From Lytechinus pictus (lineage: Eukaryota): DNA of 64,000 nt. Positions 12,501-25,217 of this stretch are shown here, piece after piece. The first letter of the stretch is position 1. Each line of letters begins with the position of its first letter. The translations under genes and the position numbers were made by a program. The DNA is taken from positions 4,714,001 to 4,778,000 of the forward strand of contig NC_087245.1 in the NCBI RefSeq assembly GCF_037042905.1, given 5' to 3'. The notes beneath the pieces were generated by a model. The model was given only the letters and a program-made list of their open reading frames with translations, was not told where the DNA came from and did no database searches.

Positions 12501-15500
12501 TATTATGAAAATAATTATGTTAAATATGAAGAGACAATATTGTAAATGCATATTCATAATTCATTCAGGAGACAACAAATTCTACAGTAGAAAATTCAAT
12601 TACAAAAATGCTACTTGATAAAATATTTTACTAAATACTATCAATATGTTACATGGATACCGTTCCAAGAAAAGGAATAAATAAATATGAATACAATTAT
12701 TGTTAAAAATGGATTTAAACACACAATTTTTTTTAAGGGTAGGGAGCATTGATCCACTATATTGGTCTACACATATATGACCACAGGTTTTCAAGTGTCA
12801 ACTAAACAAGATTAATTCATTTGTCAATCATATACTATTTCTCCTTTAACAGTTTTAATTTCCATCTGTTATATTCTATCAACTACTTTGTTACAAAACA
12901 TTGTTGTAATAAAATTAAATAGCATATCATGTAGGTTCCTGATTATGCCGCTTATGATAATATTCCTATTAAAGAGAAAGAACCAAATATCACAGCACAG
13001 GACAACAAAAATAAATTTGATATATTAAGATGCATTCCTGAATTTAATGCAGTATGAAATACAACCTCCAGCAAGTCTTGAATGGCTTTGCATGTGGAAA
13101 TAATTTTTTGGGTAAAATCTCAATATTTTAAAGCCAGCCTCTAACATTGAGATATAAAAAATATCACTTGAAATTGATAAAATTCACTTTACAAATTAAA
13201 ACATCATGCTTTGATAAAAAAAACCCAAGAGGCGTTTTACTAATCAATGCATACATCACACTATTGCAAAATATACATAAAATTATTATTTACACATTGC
13301 ATACTAAAATCAAATCAAAGCACCGTGAGCCTTGTCTCACAAAACTTTATATAAATAATATGAATGATTAATGTTAAAAGCTTCTGATCTCGATAGATTT
13401 GATTGGTGGAGAGTAGATTGGTCATAGAGAAGAAGTTGTTTCTAGTTTAATGAAGCATAGGCTGTCTCTTTATTTCTTCTCAGCTGCTTCACAGGACGGC
13501 ATGTTATCACATCAATAGGGCATTGGTAACAAGGACGGAATGCTTTGAAATCTATCACAAGTCAAGTTCAACAGTACAGTCACATACATTTCAATTTTCA
13601 AAATTATAATTTAACAAGTATCTTCTATGACAATGGATTTATGGATTATCAGGATTGAATAGTACTTTATGCAAAACAGCATCCAAATAATAAAAAGTGT
13701 TCCAGACAGAATTCTTCAGTAAATGCCTACATTCAAGGTATTAAAATAAATAAATTATATCAAAATACAGTAGGAATGAAAAGGGGAGATTGTGTGTTTG
13801 TGCAAGAGGGAGAGAGAGAGGGAGGTGGGAAACCTTGAAGCAAACATGTCAAGGTTTCAATAAATCCTGATTGAAAATAATATAGTATGTAATTTCTTAA
13901 AGTTATAATTATTTGGTAGTATATGGACACTTCGATTTGGATGAATTGATGGTACCATTTTGATGAGGTGCCAAGCTACATGTACTGCCCAACATCTTGA
14001 TGATGAAAGTTATTTTCCTCCAAAGCTTTGATCAATGACACATAATCATGTTCTGTGCATTCTCTTTTTATGCTTAGAAAAAAAAAAGATGGAGGGTGCC
14101 CTTCTCCCTCTCTCTTGATTTTCTGTGTGTCATCGTCAGACAAAATGAATTCAAAATGTTCTCAAATTCATCAAACCGTTGGCCTTTCTTTGCTCATATA
14201 AGAAAAATAGAGTGTACCCCCCCTAAACCCCACTGCTTACTAATACCATGGGTCCATGCTAACACACACAAGGCATTCTATAAGTTTAAAAATTGTGCAT
14301 CACATTACTTAAAATGAACAAAATATAAAACATCCTTCCTTAGACAAAACTTTCCTGACATGTTTTTTTTCCTAAGCAGATGTACCTTCAATCCTAAAAA
14401 ATAGTACAGATTTAAAAGCTTGTAGTCATAGCGAGCCTTGTCGGAGCAAATGATAAACCATCCCTTCAGGAAACCCAGGAACACATCATCCACAGAGCAG
14501 ATTTTCTACTGCTGCTAAGACCATTCATTATAAAAACAATAGAATACTAGTATTCAAATACTTAAAGAACAGGGCCCTACAAAATATCATTGCATGTTGA
14601 AAAGACAAAGCCCTACAATCCAAAATGTAAAATTATTATGTCTTACATACAAAATTTGAAAGAAAACAAAAATTACTTGAGACCAGAAAGAATACCGGTA
14701 GATTGGACTCCAACTCCCACCCCACACCTTGTCTAAGACACAAGAGCCTGATATCCTAATTGTCAAAATGCCTAGAGTATCATATCTTTTATAATCCTGA
14801 CCTCCAATGAATAATCTTGTTGAAAACTAGTACATAACATTGAAATTCAAGAATTCATAAGGTCAACCCTCTGCCAACAAAAAGAACATAATTTTTCTTT
14901 AATTCACTTTCTACTTTCTTTGTGCATCAATTTCTTTAGATCTATTATTATTCATCTCATTTTTATTCTCATGGCTATTTTCCTCTTAAGATTTCAAAGA
15001 GATGTTTTGATCAGGAAAATATTGAATACTGCAAAAGGGAGTGCCCAAAGTCATACAGTATGTTCAAGCTTGTTTTCCAGTTGAAGTCACTTCCAAATAA
15101 TCCATATTCCACAAGCTTTCTTAATAATTAAGTCCAAAAAAAAGTGTAGATAAATGTGCTGGTGACAAGTTTTCGCTTCGGGAAGATCTTTGATTTGTGA
15201 ATTGTTCTGGAACCTTCAGTGCCCAAGACACTGACGAAGTTTAAGGATGAAGTTTCTCAAGCTGTTAGCTTCAACTTTAGGTTGAAAATGACTTCAAGGC
15301 CATCCAAAGGCCCACACTATTTCATAATACTCATCAATGTTCCATATGAGAGTGTGCACATCACATATTCACAAAACATTGTTGTCACATAAATAGTTTC
15401 CTCAAGTCAAAGTGTAAGTTTCCCAGTAAAGCTTGCTCCAATATTATTACCCTGATTACACCATGTTCATGAAAACCGCAATAAGTAATCTGAGTCTTTT

Positions 15501-15515
15501 TTGGTTAAATGATGA

Positions 15516-18500
15516 CTATCTGTGTTTGAGAAGATCTGTTCTGGCAGCTACTAGGATCTTGAAAGCTTCCTCACTTCCTGGTGCTACATTCTTATCAGGG
15601 TGAAGCAGTATAGCCAATCTCCTGTAAGCTCTGTTCACATCATCCCTGAAATAAATAAATATATTTATTAATAGGTGAACCAATTTGTATCAGGGCATTA
15701 ATGAAGTATTAATAGCTTACCACAAGTATTCAACCATCAATATATAATGTGGAATTTTATATTACGACACACACTGTGTAAAAGGAATAGTTGGTTTGAT
15801 GTTATTGTCTCTCTCCCTGTCATCTGTGATGAGCATATATTCCATTTTATAAAATCAAGCAAAACTTTGAAATGACACAATTTTCTTGTTTTACTCTTTA
15901 TTTTCATAAGGGGAAGTCTGCCCCTACATTAAAGTTGATTTGAATAAATCAAGGTCAAATCAAACAAGTTCAATGATGTAAATTTTACCATAAATTGGAT
16001 GTAGAATAAACAATGACATTTTAAAGTTTTGCTGAATTTGTCAAAACAGTTATGTTTCAATATATTTTCAGCATTATGCTTGTTTTGATTTTTCACTTTT
16101 TATTCAAACCTACTTTACGTTGGGGTGGACTTGACCTCGCCAATTTTTTTGATAAATAATCAACAGTCAATTATAGTTCTTACTTTGATGCATTATGGGG
16201 CAATCCCAGCCTCTCAAAATTATTTTTGCTTGTCTTCAGCCTCTGTATTGCCTCAACTTGCTCTTTGGTGTAACCTAAAGTGGTCGTGATACGTTCTGCT
16301 CGACCTCCATTCTCAAATGCTGTCAGAAGCCCCTGGTATAGAGCCTAGTATAGCAAGCACAAAACATATTCTCAATAATGTCACTAAACAACTGTTATAT
16401 TATTATACACAGAAGCCTTATTTGACCCATTTTCTTTCATCAAGTTAATTTTTTTTGCATTTTGCTTTTCTTCTGTGTGCTGCATTCCTCCAATAATAGG
16501 GGATTTCTGTGCAAACATTGTTACAAATTACAATATTGACTTCAGTACAATTATTCACTTGGGTAAGACTAAAATATTGTGATCAACGCGTGCAATCAAT
16601 TATCATGCTTTAGCAATATTATGATGTAGCAATGATTCTTTTAAATTTAATTATAGAGTCAACTTAAAAAAAATTCTCTGCCTACTTCTTAATTTTTGTG
16701 ATTGCAAGGTGAATGCCAAGTACGACATACTACTCAAGAGCAGCAAAAATCAATACTGAGTAAGGGGTAATAGACTAAAACAAACACTTGTGACTATTTC
16801 CCTGTAACATGTATTAATTAGACAGAGAATAAACTGTTTCTCTGAATATATTCATCTGAACTCAAAAGCAGTAAATTAATCAATTAATCTTTAAATGTAG
16901 AGTAATAAAAAAGCTACAATTAAATCTAACTGATTTTAAATAAACGAAGCTAACTACTTCTGTAAGATCACAACAAATAAAGAGCATCAAATCCGCTTTT
17001 GGGATTTAGTAATTTTATATTCCTTTTAAAAAATCTATCTATATATCTAAATACTGTATTGTATGTATGAAGGAAATAAAGCAAACTTGAAAAAATAAAT
17101 GAACTTAGCTTTTCATAGCTATGAAGATTTTTTTTAAGATAAAAATATCAGAATGCGGAAATATAAAAATCCAACAAATCTAGTAAATATTGAGACAACT
17201 TACGGTGAACATCTCTGAGACTCCATCCCCTGTGAGTGCTGATGTCTCAAAGTAACGGAAACCCTTACTGTCTGCCCATAGTCTTCCTTCGGTCTCATCA
17301 ACAACACGTTGCATACTCTTATCAGTCTGCCAAAAAAGAAAACAAGAATATAATATTCATCCTCCAGCTGACTTAATATAAAGCCAACAATCTAGACATC
17401 CCAGCATTTGTCATCATCTTGACCATCCTCTATACGGTCCACTGTCTACAAAATGAACAAATTTCATGACTTTCCATAACTTTTTTTTGCTCTAGAAAAC
17501 TCCCAGACATGTTTAGTATGAGCATTAATTATCATTAATGTGAATGGGTACCCGATAAGATTAATCTCTTGACTGAACTCAGTGCCAAGGATGTAGTCAA
17601 GGCTGGTAATTCCAATTCACGATGCCGCTTAAGAAAACCTTCTCCAATAGACCTTGTACATGTGACTCAGGCCAAGGCCGGCAAAATCTGGCCTTATCCC
17701 TATAAGTGAGTGTAGGTAAATGTCTGGGTTATAATAGTTGCACTTTGTATCATCTTGCAAAAAGCAATACATAAATCCAGCTTTTTCTAATACTAATATT
17801 AACTCAAATAAAACAAAATTGAAATGAAAAGAATTTCTGTTTCTGATATTTTATTAGGTCGTGTCCATTTATCTTTCAGAGCACAATTGTTGGTTAAATG
17901 TTTTGGGGCCAGAAGGGTTAAGAAATAAATACCTTGTTTGCACAGACACAGAAGACAACCCTTTCCATCTCAGTCAAGTCAGCCATCTCTCTCTTCATCT
18001 CAGCCAGCCAGGAATCTAAAGCTTCAAAACTTGACCTGGATGCAACATCATAAACCAGTAGAGCACCCTGTGTGTCCTTATAAAACTCATTTCTAACCTA
18101 ATAAAGATGAAAACATCAAATATCTGAGCTAATGCATTAACACATATTATTTTGTCACTTATAAAAAAATACAAAAGATTTAATTACCCAAGAACGATTG
18201 TTGGAGACTTGGGGTCATTCATAAATTACTATATCATTATTTGAAGCACTTATTGGTAATTGATCCATATCCACATAGTGAATTATTCAAGATTTGAATC
18301 TTTCCTTTCACTTACCCCCCCCCCCCCAAACTACATTCCCTATTCCAAGCAATGAATTGATCTCTCTCCCTCTCTACCCACCCTCTCTATTCGGTTCAAT
18401 TTTGTGTGTGCAAGGGTGTGTGTGCATGGGTGTGTGTGTGTGTGCATCTCTCTTTCTCTCTTTTGGATGTCATTGACATCCACAGTATTCCTGTAGAGTG

Positions 18501-21500
18501 GTATTAAAGAGAAGAGGACATGGAAATTGGAAAGAATGATGTTGACTGACCAACATACCTCGTAAAATATAGGATGTCCAGCCATGTCAAAGATATTCAC
18601 TTTCAGATCTCTCTCTTTTACAGTCACTCTGAGTGGAAAAATTTAAAGTGAGTTGAAAGATTACACAAATCATATATAGTTAAGTCTAACCTTAAAGCCT
18701 CTTTCAGATATGGCAAGTCAAAGCTCAGCAACAAGGCTCAATGGGATATCTACAGTACAGAGGTCTCAGTACTACATTGTAAATATTGACACAATGTACA
18801 GACTTGAAGTTAATATTTGTTGATTTTATATTGCAATAATTACATTTAAATTCACTCATGATCTCATCTGAATATCATTATTTATTCAATTCCAATAAAA
18901 ATACAAATACTATATAATTCTTTCAGAACTTTTGAAAACTTGAGCAAATTAACAATTCAAAATATAAGATTCCAATAAGTATGATACAAAACAGTACAAG
19001 ATACAAGAAAAATAAAAGGAAAGAGAAATTGGGCAGTCATAAAAACCAAAATAAGATTGTCATGACAACCATCCTTGATAAACAAATTATATTGCATCAG
19101 AATCAAATCCATAGTAGTAGGTTGAGTATATACATGTATATAGTTAAGGTAATGGGCAAATAATAGTTATATTACAAGTGTATTTAGCTAAATAACTTTA
19201 CAAATGAGTGAAGTGATTCATTGAATCATATGAATAGGCTTGAAACCATAGGTGGCGGAAGCAGGGGGGGATGGGGGGGGGGTCCTGTCCCCCTAAATTT
19301 GGGGTGGGGGGATGGTTCCCCCCTAAATTTTTTGTTGATAACCTTGTTTTTTTTTTTGCTTGTCAACAAATTTTGTGAATCCTAGCCATGTTATGCAACT
19401 CCATGTATTCCATATCAACCATTTTTATTTATTGGGATAAGAATGTACATCACATGATTATAACTTTCCATTTTATCATAAAACAAATTTATGATTATAA
19501 AATGGACAATCATCAAATGATATTATCATGATACCAGTGCAATTATGAGTTTCCCAAATCAATACTTTTCTCATATTGATTGAAGTAATATTACATATTG
19601 TACCTTTGTTACTTTGAACTGAAAATAAGGGTTAACATTTTTTATTGTTAGAAATCAAGGCCTACTCACTTTGTGACACCGTAATCAATTCCAATAGTGG
19701 CCAAGTACTTGCTCACAAACCTTTTCTCACAGTATCTTTTGATGATGCAACTCTGGTCACATAAAGAATGAAACAGGTAGATAATTAATAAGACATACTA
19801 TTAAATTTGTGGGTACTCAATTAAAACAATTCAGTTCAACATGAGATAGCCCTTTTTTATAGTGTGTGCACTGCGCATTGTAACCAGTAGCAAAAGGCAC
19901 TATATAAAATGACTACCGTATTGAATTGGATCATCTAAACAAAACTCTGAAGCAAGACAACGTGTATATGGAATGCTTTATACAGATTACAAACATGTAT
20001 TTTAATTCAATTCAATTCATTTATTCTTTTCCATTAAAAAACATCAAAATATGTACAGTTGAAACACACATGTTATACAAAAAAACAAATCTTAACATAA
20101 GCATAGTTAATTAATATTGTAAGTGATAGAAATCAGCTTTTAAAAAGCTTGTAAATGGCAGGAGTCCAAAAGTTAACAAAATACAAATATAATAATGATA
20201 ATAATAATATTAGATGGCGCATGTATTTGAATTCAACGTCTTGCCCCCCTGTCCCCACCCTGCCCCCTGTCCCACTCCCCCCCCCCTTACCCCATCTCTC
20301 TCTCTCAAGTAGAATTCAAAATTAATATAGGCTAAAATTGAAATGAAATCAATATGATAACAAATAAACTAAGATTTTTTTTAAATTATGCATCATACAG
20401 ATTCTCCACACAGAATGCAAATGGACATCTTTCCTTGAGCTGAAAAAAATTGATTTTTCTTCATGATGTAGTTCATGCAACAAGGCAAGTTACATGTAGT
20501 TTACATTTTTAATAAAGGTCTATATTAGGTGATATGCCTTGGGTAGTGTCACCTGCATTATGCAAGTCAATGTAGCAGGAGTGTTCAACTTTGTGATAAT
20601 GAAATATCACACATTTTTTCTTTCTGATTACCCTTTGAATACCTGCCATAATCAATAGGGGACCCGAGCCATTTACTAGCCTCAGTGCCTGTATACATGT
20701 ATGCTCAAAAAGTGAACTTTAAACTGTAGATTTAATCTTAAGTTTAGTGAAAACATTAATTCAACTTAACTTTGCTTGATTGGTGTGAGTGACTTTTGTG
20801 TGAATTACACACAGATTTCCTATGATTATCATTGCCAGCATTCAGTGTATATCTTGACTGTCTTCAATTGCATAAATTTTCATTTGGCTATGCCTAATAC
20901 CAAAGGATATAGTAGACAAATTATTTTGGGATTCTTTAAAAAAACTTCTGACAAAATCTAAGGTGAAATTAGTTTACTAGCTTTGCCAGATCGGCTGGTG
21001 CGAAACTACATTAACACCAATTAGCACTCTTAACTTGTCATTGACACTAGAACTTCAAATCCTATACAGTACATCAGCGTGGAATCTTGTACTAGCACAA
21101 TCAGCTACGCTTGGGCACCAATTTTCTCTGTATTTACCTGCATACGTATGTCATCGATGATCGAGTAAAAGGTCATTGTGTTAGACAGCGTGGGAATTGC
21201 AAGCAAGTGATCCTAAGTTCTGGTAAGAATTTTTTTTTTTTTTTCCATTTCTGATTCATATACTTTTTTTTTATTTTAAAAATATAATCACGGAGTCCTC
21301 AAGATTTAGCCCATGGCCCTGGGAAGCGGGGGTGCTGAAGCACTGGGGGTGCTACGTGTATAGTCAGCACCCCCTGGACTGGTCCTGGAATTCTGGTAGG
21401 TGTGGAAAATGACCAACATTTTGTGTTGAAACCCCCCCCCCCCTTTTTTTTTTGCTTGTCAAATTTACTTTGGACAGTCATCAGAACCTACACTTAAAAA

Positions 21501-22781
21501 TTCGTGGCAAGGCCAAGATAGTCCCCAGTCCAGGGCCCAGCTGATCTAGGATTCGAGCCTATTCGATTAACACATCATAATAATAATATACTGATTTAAA
21601 TAGCACAGAAAAAATGTGCATATATTCTACTGCGCTGCAATTAAGAGCTTGTGAACCAATCTAGAAAAAGGGGAAAAGGAAATTTACATGTATGGGAATT
21701 ATTTAGATAGGTTTTTAGTCTAAGTTTGAACATTTCTACTGATGGACAGGATCTTATTACATATGACAAACCATTCCATAACTTTGGGGCTGCACAGGCA
21801 AAAGCACTATCTCCCAAAGTTATCTTTGTATTTTGAGTGAAGGAGCAAATTATCATGAGAACTGTGCAGGTTATAGTGTGTATGCATGTGAACTTTTCTT
21901 TGTAACTAAAAAAGATCAGAAATATAGCTGGGCCTGGGAGCTTGGCCATTTAGTGTCTTGTATACGATTAACAAAATCTTGAAAGATATTCGTTGGCAAA
22001 CTGGAAGCCAGTGGTGCATATCTTTTAAGACAGGGTCATCCTTGAAAATCCTGGGGCCGATTGCACGAAAGGGTCTTTGCAAGGACAGTCTTTTGTGTCG
22101 CCCATTTTTTATGATGCGCCATGTGAAACGCATTTCAAATAAATTATCTGCAAACATATTTTACTCGTCCGTTAAAATAAACAAAATATTTGTTTATAAA
22201 ATGATGTGATATCTCATGAAATTGTATAAAATTTGATTTAAAAGCAAGCTTACGAATTGTATTTGTTTATCATAAATTTCAGAAACACTCCGCTTATAGC
22301 GCATCATAAAAGATGGGCGACACGAAAGACGGTCCTTGGAAAGACCCTTTCGTGCAATCGGCCCTAGGTTGACTACAAAGTACATGTACAAATCACTTAA
22401 TCAGCCGTGCACACACACACTCCTAGTACCATTCTGTACTCGCTGATTTGAGACGAGGGAAGCCCATAAGATACAGCAAAGTCCTGTTACAATTAATATA
22501 AACGAGCTATTAAAAGCTGAAAAATGTGAAAACCTTGATTTACTCGAAATCAACTTTTAGTGCAAGAGTTTTCAAATGCCAATGATGACAGCGACAGATC
22601 TGCCTTGGTGGTTTGTTTTTGTGACAGCCTATTCCCCCCACACGGATCGTTATGGGTGGGACACAATGACAATGATTGTTGTTATACCGGTACATACATT
22701 GCTACAAACCTTTCCTGTTTCTGCGTTCCCCATGCTGATGATTTTTACTCTAATGGCGCGTTTAGAACCCTTCTTTTCCAT
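15516..22781 (-). CDS. DNAJC27: DnaJ homolog subfamily C member 27 (RBJ; Rab-like GTPase + J domain), 7 coding exons, 267 aa
   Basis: Exons on minus: 22710-22781 MEKKGSKRAIRVKIISMGNAETGK; 19670-19752 SCIIKRYCEKRFVSKYLATIGIDYGVTK; 18559-18628 VTVKERDLKVNIFDMAGHPIFYE; 17933-18097 VRNEFYKDTQGALLVYDV...VCANK; 17204-17326 TDKS...YFETSALTGDGVSEMFT; 16184-16344 ALYQGLL...GYTKEQVEAIQRLK...LGLPHNASK; 15516-15645 DDVNRAYRRLAILLHPDKNVAPGSEEAFKILVAARTDLLKHR*. Total 804 nt in frame with GT-AG introns. G1 GNAETGKS, G3 DMAGH, G4 NKTD, G5 ETSA and J-domain HPD are present. Confidence 0.97.
21575..22050 (-). mobile_element. L2-clade LINE 3' fragment in DNAJC27 intron 1
   Basis: PVLKDMHHWLPVCQRISFKILLIVYK and GDSAFACAAPKLWNGL...FKLRLKTYL lie in different frames; both are hallmark L2 ORF2 C-terminal motifs. 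Confidence 0.8.
22054..22364. mobile_element. MITE with long TIRs (GGGCCGATTGCACGAAAGGGTCTTT), Harbinger-like ends
   Basis: About 65-bp inverted arms with GGG...CCC termini; abuts the L2 fragment. Confidence 0.8.
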
Positions 22782-22990
22782 GTCAGCGAAAGCAGTTGTC
22801 CTCTTTCTTTGTAAAAGAAAAATCAATCAGATCATGGAACACCTATATAGTTGAAGTAGGCCTAGTCTACATTTACTTTCTCCATCAAATCGCACGAACT
22901 GACGTTTTGGCGTCTCATATTGCCATTGGCGATAAATTGCGAGCGTTTCAAGATGACGATCGAGACATGTACCAGTACCACTCCACTCCA
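22782..22990 (-). other. Probable DNAJC27 5'UTR with a short intron and upstream non-coding exon
   Basis: On minus, a pyrimidine tract/acceptor (ttttcttttacaaag) lies about 25-30 nt upstream of the ATG and a donor-like GTAAAT lies near 22874-22879, followed by a CpG-richer segment. TSS cannot be determined. Confidence 0.4.
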
Positions 22991-23016
22991 CTCTCGACTC
23001 TCGACCACGGTTCTGG

Positions 23017-23867
23017 CAGTGGCGTAACAGGCGGGGGGGGGGGGGGGGCAGGGGGGGGGGCAAACTGCCCCCTGGCGGATTTCACCGGGAAAATTAAAAA
23101 ACGGGAAAAGGAAAAAAGGGAGGGAGAAAGAAAGGGAAAGGGGAAGGAAAGGGGAAAAGGAAAGGGAAAAGGGAAAAAGAAAACGAAGCAATTTTTTTTT
23201 AGGAAGGAATTAATTAAGCGGGAAAAGGAACGAAAGAAGAACATTTGAGAAAGGACAAATAATTCCGAAATAGGCCTATGTAATGCAATAGCATGATGGG
23301 AAATAAATCAAAAGATGACAAAGTGGCAAATAATAGCGCGAAACGAAGGTATAATGGAATTAGTCAAAAGCTCAATTGGAAAACATTAAAGAAATGGGAC
23401 AAGAAAAAAAAACTTATTAACACGACCGGGCTGCCGAGGATTAAAGGTAAGGAGCGGAAAGAAAGATGGACAGTGTACAACATTGTGCTATAAGCTTGCT
23501 AAAATTTATGCAAATAAGCTACCGGGGCTTTCTCCCAGACCCCACGCAGTAGGGGCTCTTCATCTATAACATTCAAACGGCTCTATAACGCCCCCCCCCC
23601 TGTAGGGGCTTCCTACATTAAGCCTTATGTTCAATCACTGGCATATAGGCGCGGGGGGGTCTTGGTTCCACACCCAAGAGGAAATAATAATAGGAGACAA
23701 CGTATAATGTGTTGCTGAATATAATGGAAAAAAATTATCACATAATTAGAATTTAATTTCAATAGGCACTTTTTTTGCAGCTCGCTTTGCTCGCTGGCGA
23801 CTTGTTACAAATTTTTCCACATTGCTTTGTTTTGCCCCCTCAAAATATTTGGTTCATTACGCAACTG
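23017..23867. mobile_element. Poly-G hAT-type non-autonomous element (CAGTGGCGTA...TACGCAACTG)
   Basis: TIRs, G-run and purine-rich tract; the TSD is only partly preserved. Confidence 0.65.
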
Positions 23868-24008
23868 GGTTGAATAAATGTGTTGTGTAAAAGCTATATT
23901 CTGTAATACAGAATCCGTGTTGATGGGTGGGGGGATGACTGAAATATTTTGGCATTTTTTTTGCAATCATGTTTTTAGATATGCAAGGAATTGTCATTGA
24001 TATGTCCA

Positions 24009-25217
24009 CAGTGGCGTACCGTGGGTGACGGCATTGGGGGGGGGGGCACCAGCAAAATTTTTGAATCACTGAGTGAGTGCGCTAGTGAGCGCGCGAAGAG
24101 CGCTCAGTTGCCAGTTATACTGACCTAATAGAGACATTTTAAGGACAGTGGGTGATTTCAAGTCCGGTGTTGGCCTTGGTGTTGGTGTTAGTGTTGAAAT
24201 TTGGATTGCTTCCCCTAGCTCCAAAACTAATTCAGGTTTTGTAAAACTTGTCCAGATCACATGATTGACATCTCAACAACTAGTGAATGACTTTTCGGGA
24301 CCATCTTGATGTTATTTTTGGTGTTATAATCGTGTAAAAATTGACCTAACACCAACACCAAAAGGTCAACACTGAACTTGAAATCACCCAATGTCATTAA
24401 ACGGATATGTATCTCTCTGATCAAATAATGCGAGCGCGAAGCACGAGCTGATTTTTTTTATATTCACACCTAAAAAGGGACATTATAGTCAAATTTGTGT
24501 AATCATGATAGGTACCTGTCTCGCTAAACAATGCGAGCGCGAAGCGCGAGCTGAGAATTTAGATAATTCAGACCTGGAGTGGGGCATTCTAAGGTTTCTT
24601 TGTAGGAATTAACTATAGGACCATACGTATTTCATTAACCAAATGATGCGAGCGCGAAGCGCGAGCTGAAAATTTTTGATATTCAGATCAGAAGAAGGGA
24701 CATTTTAAGGACTGATTTTAGGAATTCATGAAGAGCAGACATATCTCACCAATCCACTAATGCGAACGTAATCACGGACAGGAAATTTTTCATATATACG
24801 AAGACCTTAACATGGGGCAATCACTTTTTGAGTCATGAAAAAGAAGCATATGTCACTACATAAAACAATGATAACTCAAGTGCTAGGAAATATATTTGGT
24901 TTATATTGAATTGAAAACGGGATGTTTTAGTACAACATGATTATATATCTCGTTAAGCAGACAATGCGAGCACCAGGAACAATAAAGACGTAGGCTCTGG
25001 GCAAATTATGTTTCATAAAGTTATGATAAAAATGTTTCTTATGTAATGTAACATAGCATAATTATAATATAATATAACATTATAATGAATAATATTTTCT
25101 TCTTTACCACTACGTTTCTCTTCCTTTCTCCCTCTTTTCTCTTTTTCCCCCTTTCCCCGTTTTTTTTTGGTCAGCCGATGGGGGGGGGGTGATGTGCCCC
25201 CCGTAATTACGCCACTG
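24009..25217. mobile_element. hAT-type non-autonomous element with internal ~110-bp repeats and a nested MITE (24150-24389)
   Basis: TIR CAGTGGCGTA/TACGCCACTG; perfect 8-bp TSD TATGTCCA (24001-24008, 25218-25225); repeated tgcgagcgcgaagcgcgagctg. The nested element has TIR GGGTGATTTCAAGT. Confidence 0.85.

Noticed and set aside
22796..23248. Gly/Lys-rich 150-aa ORF and its antisense ORFs
   Set aside because: Derived from poly-G and purine tracts of a hAT-type MITE.
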